The notes under the pieces: generated by a model
Seen by the model: the letters and a program-made list of their open reading frames with translations, nothing else
What the model was told of the DNA's origin: nothing
Database searches by the model: none
Assembly (NCBI RefSeq): GCF_001194135.2
Contig: NC_069008.1
Location: 12,751,279-12,815,278 of the forward strand
Direction: 5' to 3'
Length of the DNA stretch: 64,000 bases
DNA from: Octopus bimaculoides
Taxonomy: Eukaryota
Shown: positions 48,901 to 61,270 of the stretch, piece by piece
Position numbering within the stretch: the first letter of the stretch is position 1
Layout of the letters: the number at the start of each line of letters is the position of its first letter
Translations under genes and position numbers: made by a program

Positions 48901-49707
48901 CTCATTACTGTACCAGCACCTATAATTCTTTGAGTAGGAAAATAAGGGAAAAGAAAATACATGTATCATAAATGCTTTGACAGAGTTTTTTCTAGATCTA
49001 AAATATTAAGGAATGAAAATAAATGGAATGTAGGAGTACTATTTCCCTTTGGCAGAACAGTTATCCATCTATGCATGATTTAGTTAGTGTAGCCAACTAC
49101 TTTAACTTGTGCATAAACACATGCTGCTGCCTATCACCAGACATGGGGAAGTTTTTTAGTCAGTTCTAGTCAGGCTTCCACTGAAGCAAGATGTATCATC
49201 ATGTCGCTGTCTGAACCCAACACCATGTGGAAAATATCTAATAGAGAAACATTCAGCACCTCACCTTGCACACCCAATCTCCAATGCACAGCTTTCACTG
49301 GGGGAGATTGCAAGAAATACTGCAATCGGTGTTGTTTTACAGTGCTTTCAGTTTTCAGTTTTTTTTTCACTTTTAATTAGTTCTTCCAGAACATTATGGA
49401 ATACAGCTTTTGTTATGCTAAACATAAAAATAACCGCAAACAAGGATGTTTTGAAGTGTTGAATATTTTGTGTTAAATAATTTGCAACGTATGAGAGGAT
49501 ACAAACCACAATTAAAGCTAGTCTCTTTTCTGTCGACCACTTCATTATCTACTTTGCAAGTCCTCGTCTACAGTTTGTCTCTTGCAAGTTCACCGAAAAG
49601 AAGAATGTTAATTAGATTTTATTGTTGTATTTCGGGACGGCCTTTTTTTTTTTTGCCAAATAAACACATGCACTATATATTTTTTCACTTGTTTATTACT
49701 CTCGTTC

Positions 49708-50071
49708 TCTCTTTTACTTGTTTCAGTCATTTGACTGCGGCCATGCTGGAGCACCGCCTTTAGTCGAACAAATCGACCCCAGGACTTATTCTTTGTAAGA
49801 ACCGCTAAATTACGGGGACGTAAACGCACCAGCATCTGTTGTCAAGCGATGTTGGGGGGGACAAACACAAACATATGCACACACACACATATATATATAC
49901 ATATATACGACAGGCTTCTTTCAGTTTCCATCTACCAAATCCACTCACAAAGCTTTGGTCGGCCCTGGGCTATAGTAGAAGACACTTACCCAAGGTGCCA
50001 CGCAGTGGGGACTGAACCCAGAACCATGTGGTCGGTAAGCAAGCTACTTACCACACAGCCACTCCTGCGCC
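49708..50071 (-). mobile_element. Full-length abundant octopus tRNA-derived SINE (another at 54547-55090 across gap; tail at 41725-41860)
   Basis: ggcgcaggagtggctgtgtggtaagtagc..gggttcagtccc..microsatellite..gactgaaacaagtaaaag. Confidence 0.85.
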
Positions 50072-50544
50072 TACTGTTCTTATTTTTAAAAACTTTAACC
50101 TATGTCCATTGTCTGGAAATCTTTCGTCACACATCTGTGACCTCTTCAGCAACACTTTCGTTTTCGTGTGTGTTCTGCTCAAGTGGAGCAAAAACTAACA
50201 TGAAAATGAAAAGTGTCGCTGAAGTGGTCGCAGATATGTTACGAAAGATTTCAGGACCAGGGACATGAGTTAAAATAATAGAATAAGAACAGTAATAAAC
50301 GAGTGAAGAAAAAATATATAGTGCGTGTGTTTATTTGGCAAAAAAAATTACCGTCCCGAAATACAATACCGGTTTCTACACACGATTTCACATCAGGAAT
50401 CTTGCAACACAAATTCATAACCGTAAATTTGATTTTAATTAAACCGAAATTTTTTTTAATAAATTTTTTTGATATTTACATCTGTTTATTCGATTTTTTT
50501 GCTCCGGTGTTATTTTAAAGTATTTTTCCCTTTTAATTTGTGCT

Positions 50545-50693
50545 TTTTAGCAAGTTTCAATTGGCAACTCTCTCCTTCTACCGGAGAATTTAAGAAATAC
50601 ACAGCATATAAAGGGGGACAACTTCATACTTTGTCCCACGAAGAGGTCGATTTAATTGTTAATTGTGCACTGACTAATTGCATGTGAAGAACG
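50545..50693 (+). promoter_or_regulatory. Family-B promoter cassette / exon 1 (ZNF6)
   Basis: TATAAA 50607-50612, donor at 50693/50694, acceptor TTTCAG at 56295. Confidence 0.6.
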
Positions 50694-51084
50694 GTAAGTT
50701 GACAAAGATTTCCTTGAATAATAAATCTGTAATAATGTGTGTAAGTGAGAGAATTGTTATTCTTCAACGGTACAGCAACTCTTTACAAGTGAAAACACCT
50801 AACAATGTTAGGACAAAGATATTTGCTCCCGAAAGTCGTCGTTTTGCTGTACAGGATAATACTTCCAGACTGAAATGTCGATCTGTTATTTGTAAATAGA
50901 TTCACTATGTGAAGTGATAGAAGGAGATAAATGTTTTGATCAAATATTTTGCAATCAATCGCTTTGAGTTTCTGAGTTGTCACTAACAACTTGTCAGTTA
51001 CCCTGTTTTAAACTATGATAAAAAAACAACAACAACAACAACAAAAATTACATTTTTTCGTAGCCTTGTGAATTCCTGATTGTA

Positions 51085-51296
51085 CAGGGTGTCCACAAAG
51101 TCTGGGTATATGGAGTAAATAAAATCGTAGCATAAACAATTAAAAATAAGAAATAATAATTTCTTAAAGTATGTGTTAATTCCCACATGAGTACACGGAG
51201 TAAATAAAATCATAACATAAACAGTTAAATATAAGAAATAATAGTTTCTTAAAGTATATGTTAATCCATATGTACCCAGATTTTGTGGACACCCTG
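51085..51296. mobile_element. Tc1/mariner-type MITE
   Basis: TIR CAGGGTGTCCACAAA.TCTGGGTA, TA TSDs, internal ~95-bp direct duplication. Confidence 0.85.
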
Positions 51297-51959
51297 TAGA
51301 ATACAAATTCGTTAGAATTTTCAGAAAATTCCAAAAATATAAACTATGAGAGTTTATATGCTGAGCTTAATGCAGATTTCCTAGGAATTTTAAAATAAAT
51401 ATCGTGCACGAGTATGATTTTGTTGTGCAACGATTATGATCAACTTATTAAATGGTTTAAAAGATTTATAATTCTAGCTTAACTTTGTGCGTGTGATTTT
51501 GGCCATAATTGTTGATCTGTAAAATTTATCTCTAATCGCAAGCTGGCTGCTCTATTACTTTGAACTTTCCATCAGCTTCTATCACACGTTGCTCAGCACG
51601 ACTATAATTACCATCATCTCGGACAAATGCCGCACTTCAGTTCTCAACGAAAGAATACCTGAAAAACATTTGAATTGACATACAGTTTACAGTCCCAAAA
51701 TAGTGGAAATAAATTGTTTAGAATATGAAAGTGAATTGCGATAGAAAGTAAAAGTGACGACATTGAGATCCCGTAATTTGTGACTTTTATATAATGTTGA
51801 CACATGGTATATTCGGTATGTGATGTGCCAGCGTATCCAATACATAAATGTGTGTGTACGTATGGCTGTGTGAAAAGAAGCTTGCTTCCCAACCAGGTGG
51901 ATCTGGGTTCTGTCCCACTGCTTGGGCAGCTGTCTTCTTCCATAGACTGAGAAGTTATT

Positions 51960-52560
51960 TTGCATCTATTCACTAGTTTCTTTGTCAAATATCTAGAGTT
52001 TAAGGTGCATACTTTATTCCTAGCACAATTACAGAGACCGTGTACCCTGTTCCTATTATTTATTGCGTTATAGTTCCTGCTACATGACTCTGCTGCGCTT
52101 GTTTCTAACAATCTGCCGTATTTTGTAAGCTTTCAATCCATAGGTGTTTGTGGTCTGCTATTTCTAGCGATTCACACTTCCTGTCTTCCCTCATTTGCTG
52201 GCTCTTAGTTTATTACCCCCCACCCCCACCCCGTAGTGTGTGTTATATTGGTATTAGCATTCGAGTCCCTTCTGTTATTAACTATTCTTGTCCTGTCAGC
52301 TAGTTTAATATTATCAATATTGCCGTCAATGAGTTCATTTTTCTGGTCTATTCTAGATTCATTAGTCTTTCGGAAGTGAGATGTAGTCTTCTTGCGTTGC
52401 GTGTCCCTATTATCTGCACTAGTGGAAAAAGTGAGCTGGACATTGCGGGTATTTGGTATTTGGTAGACTTGAAAAAGTGTTTCTCGATCGTAGTGTAGGA
52501 CTGCTTCAGAATGTTGGAAACTATTTGTCCCCCAAATCCAACATTGTACCATAGTCCTTG
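51960..52560 (-). mobile_element. Penelope-like linker/GIY-YIG N-terminal remnant
   Basis: WYNVGFGGQIVSNILKQSYTTIEKHFFKS, NTRNVQLTFS, CNCARNKVCTLNSRYLTKKLVN (CNC..CPL.G.CL motif decayed). Confidence 0.55.
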
Positions 52561-54010
52561 AATTCCTATTACTATGTATTGTGTACAATATGTTGTACTT
52601 GAGAAGACTCATCAAGTCAAGTGAAATTGTAGTCGTGGCTGATACCTGGGTTGCATAACTTTCACCTGTGCCATAAAAAGCACCCTTTGAATATTGGGTG
52701 ATATGCCGTACTTGAGAGGACCCTATTACTTTGGGCATTATTATGTATTGTGTACAATATGCTGTGTATGAGAAGACCTGTAAAGCGAAGGGAAATCGTA
52801 GTTGTGGTTGATTCCAGTGTTGTGTAACTTACATGTAAAAAGCACCCTTCAAATGTTGGGCCTCACAGAGGCAGTGAGAAATGACTGAGACCTTTGTTGA
52901 CATACTGTGCTAGAGAAGACCTTTCAAGCCAGGTGAAATCGTAATCGTGGCTGATACCAGTGTTACATAAGTGGCACCCATGCTGATGGCACGTAAATAT
53001 CACCCACTATACTCTTGGAGTGGTTGATGTTAGGAAGGGTATCTCGCTGTAAAAGCCATACCAAATCAAATTGGAACCTGGTGCAGCTTACCAGTTTTCA
53101 GTCAATCTTTCCAACCCATGCCAGCATGGAAAACGGACGTTAAATGATGTTCATGATGTATGGTTGTTAATGTTAGAGCCTTTCTTTTTTCGGTGGTGGC
53201 TGTGTGGGTATGTGGGGCTCTTGCTATCATATTTCTTTGTTTTGTGCATGTGTACACCTAGGATAGCTTACTTCACTTCTAAGGTTTAGTGTTCTATGAT
53301 TTGTGCGATTATTTCCACTTGGTAGTTGCACCTGATATTACCTCTCGTTATAATAAATAAATAAGTTACAGTAACTTATATGTTGTAGTAAAAGCAACAT
53401 GTTCTTTGTCTATCTCCTTAACTTCTTGGAGACTTTAGGTATAATTATACTAATGTGTCCATCTGTTCTAATTTAATTAAATTCTATGTCTTTGTGCAGC
53501 TGAGGATTGCTCTGCATTTTAAATTGATGTAATGATTGCATTGTTCAATTAAATGGAGTTGCATGAAACGATCGTACTGCATTACCTCTAGATATCCTTG
53601 TTGCTTATTTTGTTGCGAAGACTTATTGGGGCAAGCGAAAGCAAAATCGGGATGGCACCTGTGCCCAGCGTCGCCTTTCTGGCACTTGTGCCCGTGACAT
53701 GTGCAAGGATTTTCAAGCGAGATCATTGCCAGTGCCCCTGGACTGGCTCTTGTGCAGGTGGCACATAAAATACACCATTTTGAGCGTGGTCGTTGCCAGT
53801 ACTGCCTGACTGGCCTTTGTGCCGGTGGCACGTAAAAACACCCACTACACTCTCGGAGTGGTTGGCGTTAGGAAGGGCATCCAGCTGTAGAAATGCTGCC
53901 AAATCAGATTGGAGTCTAGTGTAGCCATCTAGTTTCACCAGTCCTCAGTCAAATCGTCCAACCCGTGCTAGCATGGAGAGCGGACGTTAAACGACGGATG
54001 ATGATGATGA
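52560..54010 (+). mobile_element. Cluster of RTE 3' UTR fragments (52560-53160, 53630-54010)
   Basis: Tandem 3' UTR sub-repeats, gggcatccagctgtagaaa, (GAT)n tails. Confidence 0.75.
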
Positions 54011-55087
54011 CGATATATATATATATATACACACAAAGATATATATACTATTTGTCTTTCTGTCTTCTTCCCTGCTTTCCACGGCACTTCTTCATTCCTG
54101 TATTCTGATGGAAGAAAGAAACCTGAATGACTCTTTCCCTTCTACTGTTCAAGCAGGAAAACTTGTCCCTCTGGTCATGTTTTTGAATCTTTTCTTTTTT
54201 TCATTATTCTCATTCATTACATGTTTCTCTCTCACTCTGTCTCTCTATGTATGCTATCAATCAGTTTCATTTCTCTATTTCTTCTCCATAGAGAAAGAGC
54301 CGGACTCTAACATAGATTCAAGGCTCCTTCATTGGAACTTTTATCAACGTCATCTAGGTATTTGTGCATATGTGTGTGTGTGCAGTATTTGGTGTTAGTG
54401 TATGCGCAGATTTGTATGTTTGTTTTATGGATGCGTTTTTATGTCTAGATGCATGCATATGTATTTATGTGCTAAATTTTTGGAAAGTTTTACATATCTT
54501 TACAGTTCCATTGATGGCTTGAATCTGTAATGTATGTATGTATATACTCTTTTACTTGTTTCAGTCATTTGACTGCGNNNNNNNNNNNNNNNNNNNNNNN
54601 NNNNNNNNNNNNNNNNNNNNNNNNNNNNNNNNNNNNNNNNNNNNNNNNNNNNNNNNNNNNNNNNNNNNNNNNNNNNNNNNNNNNNNNNNNNNNNNNNNNN
54701 NNNNNNNNNNNNNNNNNNNNNNNNNNNNNNNNNNNNNNNNNNNNNNNNNNNNNNNNNNNNNNNNNNNNNNNNNNNNNNNNNNNNNNNNNNNNNNNNNNNN
54801 CTCTTTTGCCGAACCGCTAAGTTATGGGGACGTAAGCACACCGGCATTTGTTGTCAAGCGATGTTGGGGGGACAAACACAGACACACAAACATATACACA
54901 CACATTCATATATATATACATATATACGATGGGCTTCTTTCAGTTTCCGTCTACCAAATCCACTCACAAGGCTTTGGTCGGCCCAAGGCTATACTAGAAG
55001 ACACTTGCCCAAGGTGCCACGCAGTGGGACTGAACCCATAACCATGTGGTTGATAAGCAAGCTACTTACCACACAGCCACTCCTGCG

Positions 55088-55146
<59 letters not shown>

Positions 55147-55199
55147 AAGCATATATATATGTAAACATATACATATACGTGTGTGCACATACATAGGTG

Positions 55200-55985
55200 T
55201 ATATCATCATCATCATCTGTTTTCCATGCTGGCATGGGTTGGACGGTTTGACTGAGGTCTGGAGAGCCAGATGGCTGCACCAGGCTCCAATCTGATCTAG
55301 CAATGTTTCTACAGCTGGATGCTCTTCCTAACATCAACCACTCCACGAGTGTAGTGGGTGTTTTTTACGTGCCACTAGCACAGGCCAGTCAGGCAGACCT
55401 GGCACTGGCCACACCTATGATTGCATCGGCCATGGCTGTGATCTCACTTTAGTTGCTTGGTCTTCTCAATCCAAAGGTCTCGGTCTCCTGTCATTGCTTC
55501 TATGAGGCCTAACGTTCGAAGGTCATGCTTTACCACCTCATCCCATGTCTTCCTGGGTCTACCTCTTCCACAGTTAGGGTGTGGCACTTCCTCACACAGC
55601 TGTCCTCATCCATACGTAACACATGACTATACCAGCACAGTTGTCTCTCTTGTACACTACATTTGCTGCTTCTTATGTTCAACTTTTCTTTCAGGGTGCT
55701 TGCACTCTGTCGTGTATGCACACTGACATTACACACCCAGCGGATCATACTAGCTTCATTTCTTTCAAGCCTACACATGATCTCAAGAGTGTTGGCTCAT
55801 GCTAATTAAAAAGCACCCAGAACACTGGGTTGACATTAAGAAAGGTATCTATCTGTTAAAACCATGGCAGAGCAGACAGTAGAGCAGGGTGCAGTTCTCT
55901 GGCTTGCCAGCTTCTGTCAAATTACCCAACCCATACTAGCATGGATAACAGACTTAAATATTGATGGTGATGATGATGATGTCAT
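55200..55985. mobile_element. RTE 3' end on - (55200-55790) abutting RTE tail on + (55800-55985)
   Basis: RLERNEASMIRWVCNV..LCWYSHVLRMDEDSCVRKC on minus strand. Confidence 0.8.
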
Positions 55986-56702
55986 AGTCGAAGGGAAAAG
56001 GGGTAATGTCTATGATCTATTTTAGGGTCTCAAAAACTAGATGGTAGTGGTGGTGTGGAGGGAAAGTTTCAGATAGGAGACATCGCCTGGATTCTTGCAA
56101 TGAGGTGGATACTACTAAAGATGCCCAAAGCACCAGCGGTGGTGGGGGAGGGGTGTTAAACTGAGTGAGGGATTATGTTTGATACCAATAAAGCAATCCC
56201 AGATATACTATGGCTGAAAATAAGAGAGAGAGAGAGAGAAGTAAAAAAAAAATGTCCTCTATATCTTACACTGTCATTTCTCTCTTTTATTTCAGATGAT
56301 CGGACGACATTAGCATCATGGCATTGCTTCCATCATCAGTATTTATCACCTTTTAAAACTGAAAGAAAATATTGTACAGAAAAGATTTCATAACTGTAGA
56401 GAATTACAGTAAAATATTTCTTCTGAACTGAGATTGATAGCAACGTTTCTCTCCTTAAATATTTGGAATGTCTACAATGTGATATTGTACACCAATTAAA
56501 CTTGGATAATTTTATAAAGAATCCTACAGCATCTTCAGATATTACCAGAGATTGCAGTTGATGGAAATAGAGTTGTAAAATTATTTGTTAGCAATAAACT
56601 TTTGAATGAAAATAGGAAATGTATCCATGTGATGATAAAAGTAAAATAATGGACAAATGGATTGTGTGAGAAAACTGAAAAATATATTGTTATTGCAAAG
56701 AG

Positions 56703-57596
56703 ATGTCGAAAGAGAAACCACAATCAAGATATCAGTGCAATATCTGTAAAACGTTTTTCACTTACAAACATAGTTTAACTACACACAAACGTATACATAC
56801 AGGAGAGAAGCCATTTCACTGTGATATCTGTGGTGAATCATTCTCTGTTCGAATTGATTTGACTAAACACAAACGTATTCATTCTGGAAAGAGGCTATTT
56901 CACTGTGATATCTGTGGTAAATTATGCTCTTGTGGGAGTGCCTTAATATCTCACAAACGTATTCATACGGGGGAGAAGCCAGTTTACTGTGATATCTGTG
57001 GTAAATCATTCTCTCAAAGTAGCTGTTTAACTTATCACAAACGTATTCATACAGGAGAGAAGCCATTTGATTGTGATATCTGCGGTAAATCATTTCCTGC
57101 TGGAAGTTCTTTAACATCTCACAAGCGTATTCATACAGGAGAGAAACCATTTCACTGTGATATCTGTGGTAAATCATTCTCTTTTCGAAGTGCCTTAGTA
57201 TCTCACAAGCGTATTCATACTGGAGAGAGGCCATTTCACTGTGATATCTGTGGTAAATCGTTCTCTGAAAGAAGGAATTTAACTAATCACAAACGTATTC
57301 ATACTGGAGAGAAGCCATTTAATTGTGATATCTGTGGTAAATCATTCTCTCGAAGTAGCAATTTAACTGTCCACAAGCGTATTCATACTGGGGAGAAGCC
57401 ATTTCACTGTGATATTTGTGGTAAACCATTCTGTCAAATTGGGAATTTAACTGATCACAAGCGTACTCACACAGGAGAGAAGCCATTTGAATGCGATATC
57501 TGTAGTAAATCATTCTCTCTTCATAGCACTTTAACCAAACATAAATGTATTCACACAGGGAAGCAGCCATTTCACTGTGATTTCTATGGTAAATGA
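56703..57596 (+). CDS. ZNF6: C2H2 zinc-finger protein, 297 aa, 10 fingers (family B), followed by decayed fingers to ~57770
   Basis: ORF ends FHCDFYGK*; downstream finger-like sequence contains TGA, a 6-nt deletion and TAA. Confidence 0.88.
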   Translation: MSKEKPQSRYQCNICKTFFTYKHSLTTHKRIHTGEKPFHCDICGESFSVRIDLTKHKRIHSGKRLFHCDICGKLCSCGSALISHKRIHTGEKPVYCDICGKSFSQSSCLTYHKRIHTGEKPFDCDICGKSFPAGSSLTSHKRIHTGEKPFHCDICGKSFSFRSALVSHKRIHTGERPFHCDICGKSFSERRNLTNHKRIHTGEKPFNCDICGKSFSRSSNLTVHKRIHTGEKPFHCDICGKPFCQIGNLTDHKRTHTGEKPFECDICSKSFSLHSTLTKHKCIHTGKQPFHCDFYGK

Positions 57597-57605
57597 TTCT
57601 CTTGA

Positions 57606-57731
<126 letters not shown>

Positions 57732-58423
57732 TAACACTGTGATATCTGTGGAAATCTTTCTCTCAAAATTGATTCTAAAAATCTTTGTCTTATGTAACCA
57801 CAAATAAAAGAAATATCTTGCCTAACTGTAAATGTATTCACACATGACCTACCATGTAACAGTATATAAGAGCAACTACTTGACTCTATATGTTATATAT
57901 ATCCTATCCACAATTGTATTTATATTTTAATAAAATTGCCCTTTCAAAACATTCATCACTTGGCTGTGTGATAAAGAAGTTTGCTTTCAAACCACATAGG
58001 ATTGGTTCATTCCCACTGCATAGTATCTTGGACAAGTGTCTTATATATGCTGAGTTGATCAAAGCTTTGTCAGTGCTTTGGAAGGTCCTTCGTGTGTTTG
58101 TGTGTGTGTATATATATATAGTATATGTATGTATGTATATACACTATGTTGTAATGTTTCAACAAGTAATGTTTTGATCAGATAAGAGAGTGAAGATAAT
58201 TTTGAAATAAAAACCACCATAGTGGTGAACATTACTTGCATCATATAGCACTCGACTGTGCCAGCTAAGCCTTGTTAATCTTAAGACGAATTTGTTATGA
58301 CCACACCAGCATGGAAGCAATAAATTATGTTATGATTTGTCTTTAGGCAAAGCTTCACCTGTACAGTTGAGTGCTCTATGACACAAGTGTCCTACAACAA
58401 TATATTGGTTTTTATTTTAAGAG

Positions 58424-58458
<35 letters not shown>

Positions 58459-60089
58459 TGTGTACCTGTATGTATCTTCTTGTCTTGATATCATGTGAGT
58501 GTTGTATATGAATATTGTTATGATTGCAAATTATGTATGAATAAATATGGTATTTTGTTGGGTGGGGGCATGGGTTGTGTTTAAGCATTGATTAATCTTG
58601 AATGAACAAGCTTACAATGTAAAGCATGTTCATTATGGATTTTTATGACATTTCAAATGGAAATAAAAATCATGTTGAACCAAGGAAAGATGTTTAAATA
58701 AAAAAGAAAATTTACAAAAATACCTTGTATATGGTGTCTAACTACAGTTTAGTACCCCACCACTGATTCTCATTTTATTTCAGAATGACATCTCATAACC
58801 TAGATTAAACAAGTTTCCTTGTTTTACTTCGAAATCCATCCACTTTCTCTGCCCAGTATTTGTGGAAGGGTTGATGAGGGTAGAGTCATGAGATATCTCA
58901 TCAGTGGAATACTATCAGACACATTGATCATTACAGTCTTCAAATTTTCTATGAAGAACTCCAAAATTGATTCACACACCCTGCACCACCTCATCTTGTT
59001 GTCTAAAACTGAAAATGAATTGCCGAGAAGAGAAAGTAAACAGAAATATATTTTACATACCTGTCGTACACGTCAGTTTTGTTTTTTGTTTTTTTTTTGC
59101 TTTAAAGGTAGACGATTCTCATAGAAGCAAACACGATATTGAATAATTCTCCGTCACTCGTCTATGACCCTACCACTTTTTTTTTTTTTTAAGTAAAGAT
59201 AAATACTTTTTACTTGTGATAATAAAACATTAATAAAGAAGATTAATAATGAAAAATTAATATCTCTTGCAAACGAGAAGGTGGCATTTTCTCTCTTTTT
59301 GAATATTTAATTAGAAAAGAGAATATGTTGTTACCAAAAAACTTTGAGATTAATCCAATGAGTTGACAGTAAGGTATGTAAAAGTACTTTTCTACACAAA
59401 ATTTCTGTGTACGGTCCTGTCGCGCACGCATTCACACCAACACTTTCACACAAAGGTTGGTTGTTAATAAACAATTGTGATGAGATAAACATTCGGTAAA
59501 TATTTACAATAACACCGTACTTGCTAACTCATAACCCTAACTGGCATTTTCTCTCTTTTATCCCTGTACTATAGCGTAAAACTTAAAATTCGATGTTGCA
59601 CGCAACATATGTAATTTTCAGAAGAAAAAGAAACAGTAAGGTTTCTAAATAACGAAAGGACTTCATATGGATGCACGCCCAAAGTCATTTATTCATTCGG
59701 TCCTTTACGCAATATACACTGTAGGATATTTTTCAGTTTATACGGTAAACTTAATAAAGTTTAAAGTTCAATATTCCCGTGACATAAGTTAGAGATATTG
59801 ACACGAATTATTCAAATTGTTCGTGGAATGGACCTAATAGAATTAGCTAGAGTACACTCGATATATCATATTTAAATCTGATGTCAATATTTCTACTTGG
59901 ATAGGAATTAGAAAATGTTATATCTTGATAAACTTCCAATACATATTTTGAATATTTTTGAAACAACTCGTCTTATCAGGATTTATTCGTGGATATGGAT
60001 TGAAAAATATTATATGCTGATATAATTACCTATTCTAAATATTCTTGGAGCAACTTGACTTATTAACACTGGATATTTATGTATGTATG

Positions 60090-60420
60090 TGTATATGAAA
60101 GATAATGTGTGTGTGTGAGAGAGTGACTGCCACTTACACATACATGCGAAAAATGCATACATGACAACACATCTTCACTCACTCACTCTCACACACACAC
60201 GCAAAAAAGATGTATGTATATGTATTTATGTAAGGATGTGAATATGAAAGATAGTGAGAGAGAGAGTGCCACTTCCAGATACATGACAACACACCTTCAC
60301 TCTCTCTCACACACATGCAAATATATAAAAGATGCATGCATCTACGTGTATATGAAAGATGTGTGTGTGAGAGAGAGAATGCCACTTACACATACATACA
60401 AAAAATATGCATAACAACAC
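60090..60420. repeat. Low-complexity minisatellite, ~3 degenerate units of ~100-130 bp
   Basis: Recurrent gtatatgaaagat..gagagag.gcca ctt.ca.atacat. Confidence 0.7.
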
Positions 60421-60619
60421 ACCCGAGTGAATGGCAGATTTGGAGGTATAGTAAAGTGAGGCGGTAATCTTTGAGATCGAAGGGGGGTGCATGTGAGGAA
60501 AGGGTTGCAATGTCAATAGTCAAGGGGCCTGACCAGAGCAGGAAGGGTGAGAGGAGAAGTGAGGGAAGGAAGGAAGGAAGGGCAGGGGGCGTTCTCTTTT
60601 GCCTTGGTGCATTTGCTAC

Positions 60620-61270
60620 TAAGGGCCTCTACTCAGGATGAAAGGTAGACTGTACGATGCATATGTGCGAACTGCTATGCTATATGGCAGTAAAACATGG
60701 GCCATGATTGCTGAGGACATGCATAAGCTTGATGGAAATGAAGCTGGTATGATCCACTGTATGTGTAATGTCAGTGTGCATACACAACAGAGTGTAAGCG
60801 CCCTGGGAGAAATGTTGGACGTAAGAAGCATCAAATGTGGCGTGCAAGATAGATGACTGCACTGGTATGGTCATGTGTTAGGTATGGATGAGGACAGCTA
60901 TGTGAGGAAGTGCCACTCCCTAACTGTGGAAGGAACCTGTGGAAGAGGTAGACCCAGGAAAACATGGAATGAGGTGGTGAAGCATGACCTACAAACATTG
61001 GACCTCACAGATGCAATGACAGGAGAGCAAGACCATTGGAGATATGCTGTGATTGAGAAGACCCGACAGCTGAAATGAGATCGCAGCCATGCATGTCTAT
61101 CCCAGTTATGAGTACCCCTGTTGCATCAGACGATATGATATGCTTGAGAAGACCTGTTGAGTCAAGTGAAACCAATACCGTATGTGTGGGCAGTGCCCCC
61201 TAATTGGCTCCCATGCCATTGACACGGAAAAAGCACCATCCGAACATGGTCAATGCCAGGTCCGCCTGAC
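60620..61270 (+). mobile_element. 5'-truncated RTE LINE
   Basis: KGRLYDAYVRTAMLYGSKTWAMIAEDMHKL..GRGRPRKTWNEVVKHDLQTLDL. Confidence 0.85.
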
